DNA of 63,827 bases, the filler included, from Collodictyon triciliatum (taxonomy: Eukaryota): the NCBI GenBank assembly GCA_043381765.1. It is 4 parts of 4 records of this genome, joined end to end, with 100 filler letters (N's around TTAATTAATTAA, not from the genome) between each part and the next. Parts side by side here need not be neighbours in the genome. Positions count along the whole stretch, not along the records: positions 24,476 to 48,841 come from JBHJMP010001087.1; positions 48,942 to 62,071 come from JBHJMP010001113.1; 2 more parts are not named here. One strand, given 5' to 3'. Of the stretch, positions 36,252 through 50,353 are shown one piece after another. Positions within the stretch are counted from its first letter, which is position 1. The number at the start of each line of letters is the position of its first letter. The notes under the pieces were generated by a model. The model worked only from the letters and a program-made list of their open reading frames with translations, was not told where the DNA came from and searched no databases. The translations under genes and the position numbers were made by a program.

Positions 36252-39200
36252 ATGGGCGACTTCAGCGTGCTTCTCTCACTGAAGCCACAGACCTTGAATG
36301 AAAACTTCTTTGTGTGCGCAACCGCAGAGCAGTTGATCGAAGCCACGTACCTGGACTTTCAGTGGAAAAAGATTTCTCTGCTGCACGCCTCCATCGGAAT
36401 GCTATCGAACTTGAGAGAGCTAAACCTCTCAAAGAACGAAGTTTATATTGTTATTTCTAATAACTTTGCAGTATATGTGTCACCCAGCTTCCCAGTCTCT
36501 CCCTCTCCTTCTCTGCTTTTTTTTGATTCCTTTTTTTCTTATCGTAAAACAACTCCTCTCTTCAAGTTAATCACAGTCCCAGACTCTGTTTCTGCACTGC
36601 AAAACCTAATCTGCTGGATCTTGGACACAAACAAAGTATTCATATCTTCAATCACCGGATATAATATGCTATATTCAATTACTTTTACCCTATCGATAGC
36701 CGTCTATACAAGTCGACTAATTTTTTTTATTGATTTTTCTCCTAATTCTTTACATAGACTAATCTATTGCTACTTTGATACCCCTAGCTCACTGGACTGC
36801 CTATCACAATTTCGAAGCTAGTTCATCTGACTTATCTCTCCTTGCATGACAATCACGTACCATTTTCTATTTTATAAAGTCGCTTATTTACCCCCCTTCT
36901 CTTCATGAGGGTCATTGAAACTCATTCATAGAATTTTCCACAAACACTATGGTGTATATACTTATTAAAATCGAAACTGTGCAGCTGTCAGCCCTTCCGG
37001 ATGCTTTCCAAGACATGACGAATCTGAATGTGCTGAACGTGTCTCGCAATCAAGTATTTCTCCAAAGAGATCATCCCTGCTAGATTTCCCACAACACCTA
37101 TTCCCTTCAATCCGTCTTGGTGGATGTGTGCGTCCCTTACCCTCATGCCTATTTCCAAACATCTTTGCAGATTGTCAGTTTGCCTCAGACCATATCTTGC
37201 CTAGTTGCACTCCGCGATTTACTCCTGTCAAACAACAAGGTGTCTCATCAATAACACAATTCAATTCCTGCCTATTTTGAAAGGGTCTTTGGTTTACTTT
37301 CAAATCACTCTAACATGTGTCTTGCCTATCCTCGATGATTTCTTTAGTTGACTCTGCTGCCGTTTGCTATAAGCTGCCTCACCAACCTATCTGGGTTCAG
37401 TGCACAGCACAACCAAGTTTGTCCATTATTTTCTTGCCTTATTCGACACCATGAATATATTTTGATTTCAAACTATCACCAGTTCATGCACATCCTTATA
37501 TAATGGAATTTTAACAATTTTTCTTTTAAAAAAATATAATCAAGTTATCCGTCCTACCCTATACCATCGGGCAACTGACTTCCCTTCGTGAATTCATTCT
37601 GGGTTCTCCATCATCACCAAACGAGCCGCCATCAAACTATGTACTCTTATCCATGAAATCCAAACTTGTGTACAATACGAAAGCATACAGTCAGAAATAT
37701 ATTGACATACTAATCTTTTCCTCTTTTCCCTTTTTTTTTTCTATTTTCCCTCGTACCCCCTCCCTCATGTATATTTATATTTCCTCTCCCATGGCGGTAG
37801 ATTATTAAGCTACCTCTGTCAATTGCAAACCTAAGTAAACTGGAGCGGCTTGAAATATCAGGTTTACCGCTTGAGTTTCCAAAGAGCGATATAGTCCAAT
37901 TAGGGACAAAGGGTATGATGAATTACATAGCCAACTTCTCCAAGGAAGAAAAACACCTCAATTACATCCGCCTGATTTTCATTGGCGACGAGGCGACGGG
38001 GAAGACTACCATCATCAACAACCTTGTTCTCAACACAATTCGCTTCGAAAGCCAATGTAGACCGGAATACATCCCAACCAACTCCATCGAAATATGCCGC
38101 GAATCGTACTACTTCCATCACGATGGCGATCACATATCCGCTTTCATTTGGGACTTCCCCGGAGACCCGGTCAACCGCGTCTACTACCCTTATTTCTTCT
38201 CCTCGGAGTCTCTAATAGTCTTCACTTGGGATGCCAGTAAAGACCCCGACTCATCTAACTTGCATGCCTGGGCATCGATGTTTTCAATGTTTGCGGTGGG
38301 CGCCCCAATCATTGTGGCGGGTACAAAGCTCGACCTTGTGTCGCGTGAGGACAGTCACCAATTGGAAGCTCGCCTTGAGACTGTAAAGAACACGTTCTCT
38401 TCCTTCCAATACTCTCTGAACATTATTGATTACATTTTCTTGAGCAATCTCACTGGAGAGCACCTCTTTAAGCTTCGCATGATGATGTCCAAATATGCCT
38501 TCCATTCTGTAACATCGGGAAGACTTTATCCAAACTACTTTCTTCAATACTCGCGCATAGCCGACGGCTTCACCAGATTTCAGCCCTCCCCTATCGCCTC
38601 CATTCAAGAGATGGAGCGCAACCTCGCGATGTTCCATCCCAGCATGAGCCTTACTGATTGCCTGGAAAAGCTTCACGACCTGGGCATGCTTTTCTGGGTC
38701 GACATGGAGCATCTGCGCGAGACTGTCTATTGCCACGCACCCTATTTAATCCGTATCTTTTCTCAGATATTCTACTCTGGTCGCAGCAAATCAGACATGG
38801 GCTTCTATCCCACAGACGAGCTGCTGTCCAAGTTAGAAGACACCTTCCCGGGATATTCCGAGCTTGTCGTTTCAATCCTTCGCCGATTCCAACTCTCATT
38901 CCCAAACGTCCTAGGACAGTATGAAATATTCCCGTATCTCCTGGCTGAAGGAAACCCGCACCCGTCGATTTGGTCGTGGAGCCCCTTACCATCAGATCAT
39001 TCGTACTGCACGTGCGAATTGGAGTTTAATATGATGCCCGAGATTGCATACGCCTCCCTGCTATGTCGGCTCTACCCTGTTCTTCATCGTGACTATTCGT
39101 CCCTGACTGGAGTCACACACGAGTACCTGTCATCAAACATGTTTGTGTTCACGATCTCGGCAAATCGCAGAGCCCCGAACGAACCCACTTATCACGCCTG

Positions 39201-40694
39201 CCTTGTCCGAGGCGGGGCACAAAACAGGCTCTACATCTCGGTGCGCTCCACCAACGCAAAATATCCTTCCTTCGAGTGCATGAAACATCTCACGAACTTA
39301 ATCACCCGCTCGCTCTCTTACTTTAAGAACGTCTTGCTGCAAAGCCGTCGCCTGGTGTGTCCTTCATGCTCCTTGGTGGAACCAAACTTTGAGGCGTGTG
39401 GCAGAGTCACGCTGGATGGAATCAATGTAGGAGATGAGGGCACAATCATGTGTGCCAAAGAGACCCGTTCCTTTAAGGTGGAGGAGTGGATGGAAGGACT
39501 CCGTAATCGCCACAGTCTATCTGCACCGGTGGCCAAGCCAGTTCGTGCGCGGTCTCTTAGCGAGGGCTCTGTTTTGCCGCAGGATGAGGAGACTGAGAAT
39601 TCGCATCTTTTCGTGCCCTCCGTCCTTCAGATAGAGCGTTCACCAACACCAGAAAATCCTCGTGATTTCGCGGTCACTTTCCACATCCTGTGCGACCGCC
39701 CAGAAGGCCCGCATCGATGCGCTGCGTCCGCCACCGGTATTCGCGTCTCTTGCTCGAGGATTCTGGCACAACCGAAGGTATTGGACTACTTCCTGCGCCT
39801 ATGGAAGCCAAAGGTTTCTGAGATGAAACTGGACGAGTACCGAAATGTGAGTGAGGCCGACTTGGCCACATGGCTTGTGCAGAAGGGCTCGGACCCGTTT
39901 CGTGTCCCGCTGACTCCGTCGTATGCGCAAGTCCTTGCCTTGATTGACCCGCAGGCAGAATGGCGGCTCCATTTGCAGTCGAGTCCCTTGCACGACAATC
40001 ATCCACGGTATCTCTGCAAACACTGCAACTATCTTGCGCAGCAAGGCTGGAGCAGCTACACGGCTCACACATCGACGTCCTTGTCTGGGTACATGCTCTA
40101 TCGCCACGAGGCCTTCTATAAGTTGTGGGAGCGCCGCTATTTTGTCCTGGACCACGAAAAGAAGGCCCTTGTTCGCTATCATGATGCCACAAAAACGTAT
40201 CAGAGCGGGGTCATTCGCCTGAATGGCCATTTCGAGGTTTTTGGCTGATATCTTTATTTTTATCTGTTTTTGTGATATTATTTTTATTTTTCATTATTTA
40301 TTTATTTCCAGCGATAACAGTAAAAGAAAGAAAGAAAGAAAGGTGAATACTTGCTCAGGCTCTGACTCATCACGATTCAATATATTTCCCTTATTAGATT
40401 GGCTCTCAGTCCTTCGGAGACGACATGGCTGGTTTTTACATACACGTTGGCAGAACAAAGTATCAGTTCAAGGTTTGAGTGCATCCTTGTTTCTTTGTTT
40501 CTTTTGTTTTATTTACACCCACTATCCATTTGATTATGCAGATGATAGGAGGGGAATGTGCACAGTCTAATCTATTCAACTCCAAAGCGATTCGGCAAAC
40601 CACTCACATCAAAAGTTTTTTTTATAATGCAACACAGGCTAAAACCGCGACAGAGCGCGACGCGTGGCTGGTGAACATCCAAAAGTGCCGATAA
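36252..40694 (+). CDS. Roco-family protein: LRR - ROC GTPase - COR - PH, no kinase domain seen
   Basis: One-repeat-per-exon LRRs (LSNLRELNLSKNE, MTNLNVLNVSRNQ, LVALRDLLLSNNK). ROC LIFIGDEATGKTTII, IWDFPG and IIVAGTKLDL. COR-like LHDLGMLFW, RFQLSF and FPYLL. PH SGYMLYR..FYKLWERRYFVLD...AKTATERDAWLVNI. Confidence 0.88.
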
Positions 40695-40993
40695 TCGAAG
40701 GCGGAAATGCATCGCCCTTGTTCTCTCTTTCCCTATGTTCCCTTATCCCATATTCCCGCTCGTACAGATTCGACGACACACCCAAATAAATGTTTATTAT
40801 ACATATACGTGTACCCACATCACATATTCAAAACAGAAAAAGACACGACACTCGACCGGCCTTACCCTCTCACAAAACCGCTGGATTCACCCATTCAGCA
40901 CCACCAACCATCTCTTTCTCTTCATGCTCGCTCTCACCCAAGCCAAAGAGAACATCGAACATCGAACCAGAAAAAATGAAGCCGATTCATGCT

Positions 40994-43739
40994 TTAGTTC
41001 TCTGGCTGGTGGGTCGTCTCACCGCGCCCGAAGCGCACGCCAAAGTCGGATGCACACAGATTCTGAGACGCAAAGTAGGCGATGTGCGCGTGGACAAAGT
41101 TGTCGTTGGCCTTCGGCAGGGGCAGAGCCAGTTCGTTGTCTGCATCCGGGAGAGTGGGTGTCGGCGCTTGAGTCGGCGCCTGAGTTGGCGCCTGAGTTGG
41201 CGTTTGTGTCTGAGTCTGAGGCTGAGGCTGAGGCTGGACTGGCGTCTGTGCGGGCGGGTGATACTGAGGCTGTTGCATCTGCGTCTGGTACTGCGGCTGT
41301 TGCACCTGCGACTGATACTGCGGCTGCGCGTATTGCGCAGTGTATCCGCCATAAGGAGACTGGGTCTGCGCTTGCTGGTTGTACATCTGCTGGTTGTACA
41401 TCTGCTGGTACTGGCTCGGGTCCGTGTATGCGGCAGTCTGCGCCGTGGATCCGTAGCCGTAGCCGTATGCGCTGCCTGCGGCGGCCGTGTTCTGGTCGTA
41501 GTAGCCTTGCATCGACTGGTAGTATGCGGCGTAGTATCTGAAGCAAAGGGAGGGAGGAGCACGGGTCAGTTGTCTTGTGCGGGAAACATCGTTGTTTTAA
41601 TTGCTACTGCTTCGTCTCTATTCCTTTCTTGTGTATGTGTGTGTGTGTGTTTCTTTTGGGCTTCAGTGTGAGTCATACTGTGCCATAGTGTTTGCTGCGG
41701 TGTTTTGGCCCGGAGGGACGTGTTGCTGGCGACCCCAAGAAACACGGAGCTTGCTATTGCCTGCACATAGCGAGTTGATATGTACAAAGAATCAAATCAA
41801 CTGGAGTTGAAAATTTGCAATCATTCACAATAATAACAATAACAATAACAATAACAATAACAATAACAATAACAATAACAATAACAATAACATCAATACC
41901 AATTTGAACTCCATTGAGAGCTAAGGCGGATTTGGCTGATGCTTTGTAGAGGAACGTCACAAACGCACAGGTGCGTGCCTGAGTCATTTTCACGTATGTG
42001 ATATCACCGTATGGTGTGCATAATCTACAGTGTTTGCATGGTCAAAAGGATGTGGGTGTAAACAACTCCTCAGGACTTTGAATCATTTGGAAACATAAAT
42101 GATGGGTGTATCAGGTAAATTACGAGCGTAGATAGTCTTCTGTGATTTGTTCGTCAATGTTTCCGATGAAAATAGTTGTGTTGGTGGGGTCAGATTCGGG
42201 GCCAGGAACTCCCTTCGGTGAGATCGATTGAGTTTAGCAGGATTCCAGTAAAAGTCATATGAAAATAAGTCTCTGATTGAATCCATCGAAAGCACCGTCG
42301 TGCAAACTTACCGGTGTCTCCACTTTGGCCTCTGTGGCGATGATTTGCGCAGGAACGTTGTCACTTTTCTTCTGCACAGCGGATGACACGCGGATTGCAC
42401 GACTTCCACAGTATTTCCCTTTTTTTGTATGCAAAAATTTAGTCGAGAGCATCATTTGCTCAAACATATTTTAAAAGTATTATCGTTTGTGTTCCTCGGG
42501 CAGTAATAGGAGAGTCAACCTTGCATCTCCATGATAGCTTGGTTACATTCAGCCTCATCAGCAAATCGGACAAACCCGTAGCCTATATTATTAAAAAAAA
42601 ATTGAAGGGAAAATTCCTTAAGTATCATGCAGATAATTCAAAGCGTACACGTGGTGAAGTTCTCATAAATATCACAGTATCTCGCAATGGATTTCGTGTT
42701 TTCTTTTTTTAAAATACGATGGAATACCTTTGGAGGCGTTTGTAGATGGATCCATAATCACTTTTGCACTGACCACAGCCTTATAGTTCGTGGCGAAAAA
42801 GTCCTATGCAAAGTTTTATTCAGTTAAAGCTCATTTATATTTGTGGCATGCAACAGGTGTTGGTGTCTTTTGAAAAAGATTATTCATTCTAGCAATAAAA
42901 TTATTGATGAACGATATTCGAGAGAAACATAGGCAAAACGCTGATTAACTCACCAGTAGCATGACATCGTTGACTTCGGGTGACAGATCACCGACAAAAA
43001 TTGCGAATGTGGCTCCACTGATATCACGTTAGGCAAAAAATATGTGCATTAGAATATAGTGCTTTTTTTTATGCATATATATGATACGAGAGTGCAATTT
43101 ATATCACAAATGAAGATGAAGACTCACGTGTGCCTAAAGTGTAATGGTCGATTCATCGGTTACAATGAATTAGAAAATTAAAAGAAATAGCCAAGCATAA
43201 TATTTATGAAGGGAACTTGACAAGGCTCGCATCAAAATGATAGTTACTTGATGTTTGTGTTTGTAGCAGTTGCCCAGTTTAATCTGTAGCGTTTTTTGGT
43301 TCCCGGTACGCTGAGGCCTTGGAAGCATTGCAAGGCGCGAGAAGCATCGTCGTATGTCAGAAACTCAACAAAGCCGTAGCCGATGGGTGACAGGTCAGTC
43401 TACATTAATGTGTATTTTAAATATAAACATACATACATACATACATACATACATACATACATACATACATACATACATACATACATACATACATACATAC
43501 ATACATACATACATACATACATACATACACCAATCAACATTTGCACAAGCACTACGATCCAACAGTAATGTGACCACAAGAGTGAGAGAGGAAGAGGAAA
43601 ACTTGATAGTCTGAGTTGTGCTCACCTTTGAACGAATGATCTTTGCGGAGATTGCATTAGAGTTTGGAAACATGGAAAGGAGAAAGTTCTCGTCCATGGA
43701 GTCGTCTATGTCTCCAACCCAAAGTGTCTTTGACTCCAT
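40994..43739 (-). CDS. Three-RRM RNA-binding protein, Nam8/Ngr1/RBP45-47/SECp43-like, with Q/Y/P-rich tail
   Basis: KTLWVGDID..MDENFL, GYGFVEF, YRLNWA, IFVGDLSPEV, SAKVIMDPSTNASKG|YGFVRF, KYCGSRAIRVSSA and a third RRM CAFVTF. Confidence 0.9.
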
Positions 43740-44389
43740 CCCAGCACAGGATTAGCGAAGGCAGGTATGCGCGGTACTGGAGTAACATATTGAGTTTGAA
43801 GAAAAAAAAAAAAGGCTGAAGACGATTCTCTCACTTCACAAGTACTAAGATTCATTCGTGAACAGAACTGAACAGGGGCCACGGCACAATCGCTATTGCT
43901 GCTTCGTTTCGGCCGAGTGGCTCATGCACGAGGATTCTGTCTCTGTTGTGGTTTTCTTCAGATTATTGTGATCACATCGGCCGGCTCCCAAATTGATCAA
44001 CGCCCAAATTAAAAAATCATTTGATTATCTATATGCGGAATTTATAGCAGTTGTGTTATAGTTCACCCCTGCCGCTTGGTAAACAGCGATTTGGCCAACA
44101 GATATCCCTCCAGCCAAGAAATAAAAAAAGATAGCAGTCTAATTCCTATCTGCAGCCTATTATCTATCCCACTTCCAACTTATTTGGTTATTTGGGGTAC
44201 GAGAGTAAACAGAGTCTCTCGTGCTATCGAAACAAGAAGAGAGCTAAGGTGGTTTATAATTGCCAAGTGGGTGAGAATAAAGAAAAAAAGAGGAGAAAAA
44301 ACAGAGGCAAATCGATGGAATGAGAATATCGTTCTGTCGCCACAACTGTGGACGGAGCAGAGGAGAAAGTGAAGCCGCGCAAGGGCACC

Positions 44390-47300
44390 TCATTCATCTG
44401 TGTATTCTGACTCGATGTCTTCATCAACCTCAACGGTCGATTCTGTTGATTCGGTGAGCACATCTAGAGAAGAAGAAAAAATAAAACGGATATTGTTTCT
44501 CATTAGAAGCCACAAAGGTGTATCATATGAAGTAAGTCTATGGAGGAAAAACATTACAATCTCCAGCATACCAAGTTTCTTTCTCCCACGAGAGTCGACA
44601 GAGTCCGAGCTATTGTCCAGTTTGCTGGTATTTGACGACTGTGGGGCTCGGTTATGCACACTTCGATGTGCTTGAATATGACCGACAGGAGACTGATTAT
44701 CATCGTCTGACTCTAAACCTGCCAATCGATCTTTCACTTCCTTTTTCTTGGATAGCGCAGTTGCCTGCAACTCTGGGGCATTATCATCATCACTATCATT
44801 GTACGCAAAGTGGTCTGCAGACCTTCCAAGGGTCCCTTCATCTTCATCATCCCATTCTTCTTCATCATACTCTGATCCTTGAGTAGGAGTGTGAATTGTA
44901 TCAGTTTTGAGGGGTGAGGATGCCTTCATCTTGGAAGGGTCAAGTGCGGGAGCAGGTTTGGCCCCAAGAAAAGCAGTTGTCGAAGGCTGGATGGAAGTTA
45001 GAGGCTTCTCTGTATTCGATGCTGCTCCGCCCACATCAACCTTCAGCCCACCCAACTTGCCGATAGCCGGGAGAGATGCTGAGTTTAACGGACTTGGCGT
45101 TTGGATAGCCGGAAGAGATTTTGAGTTGGAGAGCGGAGGTGGTGGGTTTCGCACCGAAGGGTTCACAGGGTTGAGATTTGATGATGTGCGATTTAATGGC
45201 GTTCGGGAGGCCACTGCTGACGGATTAAACATGTCCAATCCTGAAACGTTAGCATCTTCTGTTTCTTGACTGGATTCTTCGTATGCAGACGAAGTCTCTT
45301 CAGTCCTGCTTGCCGTTTTTGTTGGGGATGAGTCAAACTCATCAGAAAACTCATCATCCTCAGGTAAGTTGTGTTTTCCTGTTTGTGAGGGAATCGTGTG
45401 TGCATTTTGCCTCGACAAACTTCTTAATTGGCTCATTCTCGAACTCGGCTGGTAAGAGTAAGGTGCTGGATTAGTGGTTTGCGATGGGGCAATTTGCTTT
45501 CCCTTTGCAAATGGGGATGACGATTCTGTTTCCTGTGACATAGTGTCTTCAGTCATCATATCATCTTCACCTTCATCGCCGTCTTCTTCGTCTTCGTCAA
45601 CAGAAAATTCTTCATCTGCAGTCGTGTTTTTATGGAATGAGCCGCTGGTCTGTGGGATGGATGAAGGTTGAGACGAATTGGGTGGATTGCTTGAAAGGCT
45701 CTTTGATTGCATACTTTGAACTGACAGGCTAGGCAATTGTCTGGATGATGACCCTATTGGAGCAAGTTGAGGTGGTGCGAGAGATATCCCCTTCTGAGGG
45801 TTATAATCTCCTAAACTCCATTGTAAAGGGTTAGATTTATTAATTGGTTGATTTGATGCAAAGTTTAGGTGGTTAGTTCCATCTTCATCATCAAAGCTCA
45901 CATCTTCCTCTTCTCCGTCTTCTCCGTCTTCTCCGTCTTCTCCCTCTTCATCAACAAATTCTTCCTCATCTTCATCCTCGTATCGAGTGTGCGCATTTGG
46001 ATAGGTAGATTTTTTCGTTGAAGAGGATATGTCTGGTTTACTAGATGAAGGTTGATAAGAGGCTTGGAAGCTGTTTCTACTTGGATTGCTATATGAATTG
46101 ATCTCATGTTTTGATAGATGCCCGCTAGTATCGAAGCGACTGGATTGATGAACAAGCACAGGGTTGATGGTGTCTTCCTCGTCATCTGTGAGCCCAATTT
46201 CTTCTTCCTCAGAGAAGGTTCCTTCATCAGGTTCTTCTTCATCATCTTCTTCCGTAAGACTCTCGTACATCGACTTCGGTGTGTTTACAACTGCCGTTGA
46301 ATCAGGTCTTGCCTCGGTGCTATTGTTCTTTACATATAGGTTGTATATTAGCTCCTGGAAGATGTTGCTGAATATTTTTTAAGCTCAATTCACATAACAG
46401 TGTCTTACTTTCACTCTGATATGATTTATTCATTAATTATTATCAATATCTTCAGAGGAAAAAAGAGCACATTTCTATAAAAATAACACGAAGAAAAAAG
46501 AATATGAATACCTTATTAATTGACGGTTGTAGCTTTTCGTGCATGTTCGGCGATTTCAGCGGGTTTGGCAATGTGATTGTGTTTTGCTGTTTCTCAGCCG
46601 CGGTTTTCTCTATTTTAGAATCTGATTTGGACTGAAGAGAGGAGGGAGGAACAGGAGACGTAAGAGGGTCTAATTTTACACACGAATATGGAGATTCGGG
46701 TGGACTTGTGCAAACTGATGATTGGAGCGAAGAACTGGACGGAGTTGGTGGAGATGGTTGTATGGACTGTGGTGGTGCTGCTTTTGAGATGGGCACATCA
46801 TTAGAGACATCAGTAGAAGGCGTATTTGATTGGGAGGCGGAGTTATTGGTTACTGTCGGAGTTGCCTTGGTACTAGCAATTACATTAGTATTTGTTGTCG
46901 TGGGAACTAGAGATGCTGATGCTGTTTCAGATTTTAGGGCTGCAACTGCTGGTGTAGTTGATGTTATTGTCGTTACTGTTGCTGAAACCGCAGGGTTTGG
47001 AGCTATGTTGGCGGTGTTTGCTGTTGTAGCTGCTGGTGTGGATGTTGTTGCTGGAGCTGCAGGTTTCGTTGCCGGATTAGTGGTACTTGCTGTTGTAGCT
47101 GCTGGTGTGGATGTTGTTGCTGGAGCTGCAGGTTTCGTTGCCGGATTAGTGGTACTTGTTGTTGTAGCTGCTGGTGTGGATGTTGTTGCTGGAACCGCAG
47201 GTTTTGGGGCTGTGGATGATGTTGGAGTTGTTGGCGGTGTGGATTTTGTTGCTGGAACCGCAGGTTTTGGAGCTGTACTGGCAGTGGTTGCTGTTGTAGC

Positions 47301-48950
47301 TGCTGGTGTGGGTGTTGTTGCTGGAACCGCAGGTTTTGGGGCTGTGGATGATGTTGGAGTTGTTGGCGGTGTGGATTTTGTTGCTGGAACCGCAGGTTTT
47401 GGAGCTGGATTAGTAGAGCTCACTGTTGTGGACGCTGGTGTGGATGTTGTTGCTGGAGCTGCAGGTTTTGGAGCCGAATTAGTGGTGCTCGCCGTTGTGG
47501 ACGCTGGTGTGGATGTTGTTGCTGGAGCCGCAGGTTTTGGAGCAGCAGACGAGCTGGGAGATGATGGAGGTTGCGTTACTGTCGCTACAGGAGCCCCGTG
47601 TTTTGGAGCTGTACTGGCAGTGCTCACTGTTGTAGTTGCTGGTGTGGTTGTTGTTGCTGGAGCCACAGGTTTTGGAGCTGTATTAGTGATGCCCGCTGTT
47701 GTAGCTGCAGGTGTGGGTGCTGTTGCTGAGGCCGCAGGTTTTGGGGCTGTGGATGATGTTGGGATTGTTGGTGGTGTGGATGTTGTTGCTAGAGCCACAG
47801 GTTTTGGAGCTGTACTAGTGATACCCGCTGTTGTAGTTGCTGGTGTGGGTGTTGTTGCTGGAACCGCAGGTTTTGGAGTTGTACTGACAGTGGTCGATGT
47901 TACAGTTGCTGATGTGGATGCTGTTGCTGGAACCGCAGGTTTTGGAGCTGTATTAGTGATGCCCGCTGTTGTAGTTGCTACTGTGGGTGCTGATGCTGGA
48001 ACCACAGGTTTTGGAGCTGTGTTGGCGGTGGTCGATGTTACAGTTGCTGATGTGGATGCTGTTGCTGGAACCGCAGGTTTTGGAGCTGTGTTGGCGGTGC
48101 TCGCTGCCGCAGCCCCTGGCGAAGACGTCACAGTCGCTGGTGTTGTTGGTTTGGGTGCAGGGTTTGATAGATGTGTTGGTGCTGCGGCTGGAACAGCAGG
48201 CTTCAGTGGAGTTGCCGTTGAAGAGCTTACTGGGACAGACTGTGATGTTGTCGTAGTTACTGGAGTCCCAGTGGGTGCAGTTTTAGGAAGCGTATTGGTT
48301 GGGTTAGAAGTGGTGGGAATAGCAGAAGCAGGTTTTGCTGTGCTTGTATTTGATGCTTGTATTGAGCTGGGTTGTGTTAGTGGCATGGTTGATTTTTGAG
48401 AAACAAGTGTCGATGGCTGTTGCGGGTTGGTGGTTGGCTGTGCATTTAATACTGCAGGGTTTGAAGGTATGGAACCAGTAGAATTCGTGGATGAAAATGG
48501 ACCAGAGTTTGCAGTGAGCTTAGTTGCAGTAGCGACAGGGCTTGGAGAATCCTGTTGTTTATCAGGAGAGACTGGTAAAGATACTCCTTTCGGTGCTAAA
48601 TGGGTGCAATAGAAAGTTCATCAGATATCTGTAATTTTTTATACATATTTCTCATAAAATCGCTTAAAAATTGAGTGTACCATTCTGTCATCATGGTAAA
48701 AAAAAATATTAAAGGGTATCGTGCAGAGTTTTGTTTGTTTTGTTATGTTTTTGTTTGTTTGTTTGTTTGTTTGTTTGTTTGTTTGTTTGTTTGTTTGTTT
48801 GTTTGTTTGTTTGTTTGTTTGTTTGTTTGTTTGTTTGTTTGNNNNNNNNNNNNNNNNNNNNNNNNNNNNNNNNNNNNNNNNNNNNTTAATTAATTAANNN
48901 NNNNNNNNNNNNNNNNNNNNNNNNNNNNNNNNNNNNNNNNNAAAAAAAAA

Positions 48951-49030
<80 letters not shown>

Positions 49031-49090
49031 ACTCTTGCCCCTGATCAACAATCTCACCCAAGAATTGCGTCAACCCAAGTTCGCTCCATA
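44390..49090 (-). CDS. Large intrinsically disordered hypothetical protein: T/A/P-rich repeats followed by acidic D/E-rich blocks; 5' end uncertain (gap)
   Basis: ORFs 46452-48386 (644 aa) and 44390-46270 (626 aa) on the same strand, separated by an intron-like AT-rich stretch. A small intron is likely at ~44466-44568. Confidence 0.7.
46980..48200 (-). repeat. Coding minisatellite, ~60-69 bp units (APKPAVPATTSTPAATTASTTN-like)
   Basis: Recurrent GTTGCTGGAACCGCAGGTTTTGGAGCTG on +. Confidence 0.9.
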
Positions 49091-50353
49091 ACACGAGGGA
49101 GAAAGAAACAAAACTTGTGTGTAATGTGGATTTTTTTGAAATGAAAAAAAAAACGTGAGTGAATTAGGAGTGTGCACGAGCGACTTTGGCGAGGAAGGAA
49201 GGAGGGGAAAAAATTGCGCGTGCGACGTTTTCAGAGGTGGAAAAGAAAGGACTTTGTTTTGGCTGTCACAACACAAAAGAAAAGGCGTTGCTCTGAGAGG
49301 CTGCGCAATTGTGCGAAGCAAGGCGGGTTTGTGCAGGGCGAGCGCCTGATTGTGTTTTCTTTTTTCGCTCCACCTTCATCCGGCACAAGACAACCAAGGC
49401 CCTGGCGTTGGGTTGTAGTTGCACGGTCAAGCGAAAGGAGTTCGTCAGGTGTTTGCTGTTTATTGGCTTGCTTCTTGTAAAACTATATGTCCATTTCACC
49501 CAAACGCCCAATATATATTTCCCAAGCGCCCACGTATATATAATTATTCTTTGCGCAACTCAGTTTCCAATGGGTAATTTTCTTGCAGACGAGAAAGTGT
49601 ATTTGTATTTCGATGTGAATGAGGAGGAAAAAATTGAATTTTCATGGATGCTTTACATATATGTCCAAATGTTTTACCCATAGTTGTCTATAACGGAAGT
49701 AACGGAAGTTGTGCAAAAATGGTCCAACCAACAGGCGCCACGACACCAAAAACCCTCTCGAATTTGGAATTAGGTTTTTTCGGCTCGAGTGGTTGAAGGA
49801 TATTTCTGCGGTTATTTTCCCTTTAGTTTTTAATATTTTTTTTAGAAACTGTTGTGATAGGGTTTTGATAAGGCTCATTTTCAGTGAAAAATATCCTTTA
49901 ATAGAAATGTTCAAAAATACAAGAAATGCCCAATCTTGGAAAAATTGCACGGCTAGTTATGAGGAATACGGTGTGCCGCACTAAATTCCTTATTCTATAA
50001 GTATATGTGGAAAATATATATAATTATATAACTGTGTGGAGAAATTTCATTAAATGTTATATATGGAGTGCCAACGGTGTATAAAAAATGCAATTTGCGG
50101 CTTAATAGTTAGTTAATGTGATAAATTGTGAGTGTAATGCTCATGGTGGGGGTTGTGACTTCATGTGTTGCCTGGCGAGCAGGGTGGCCGTTACGAACCG
50201 CCAAGGATGGAAACTTCTTTAGTGAGGGTCGAGGGCGCAGGGTGGGAGGAGCAAGTTCGCTTTATTCGTTCCTGGCTCCTGTTTTAGTCCCAAAAGACAA
50301 GGCGCGAGAGTTGTCGAAGGGCAGACAAATTATGGAGACGGGCTTATGAACCC

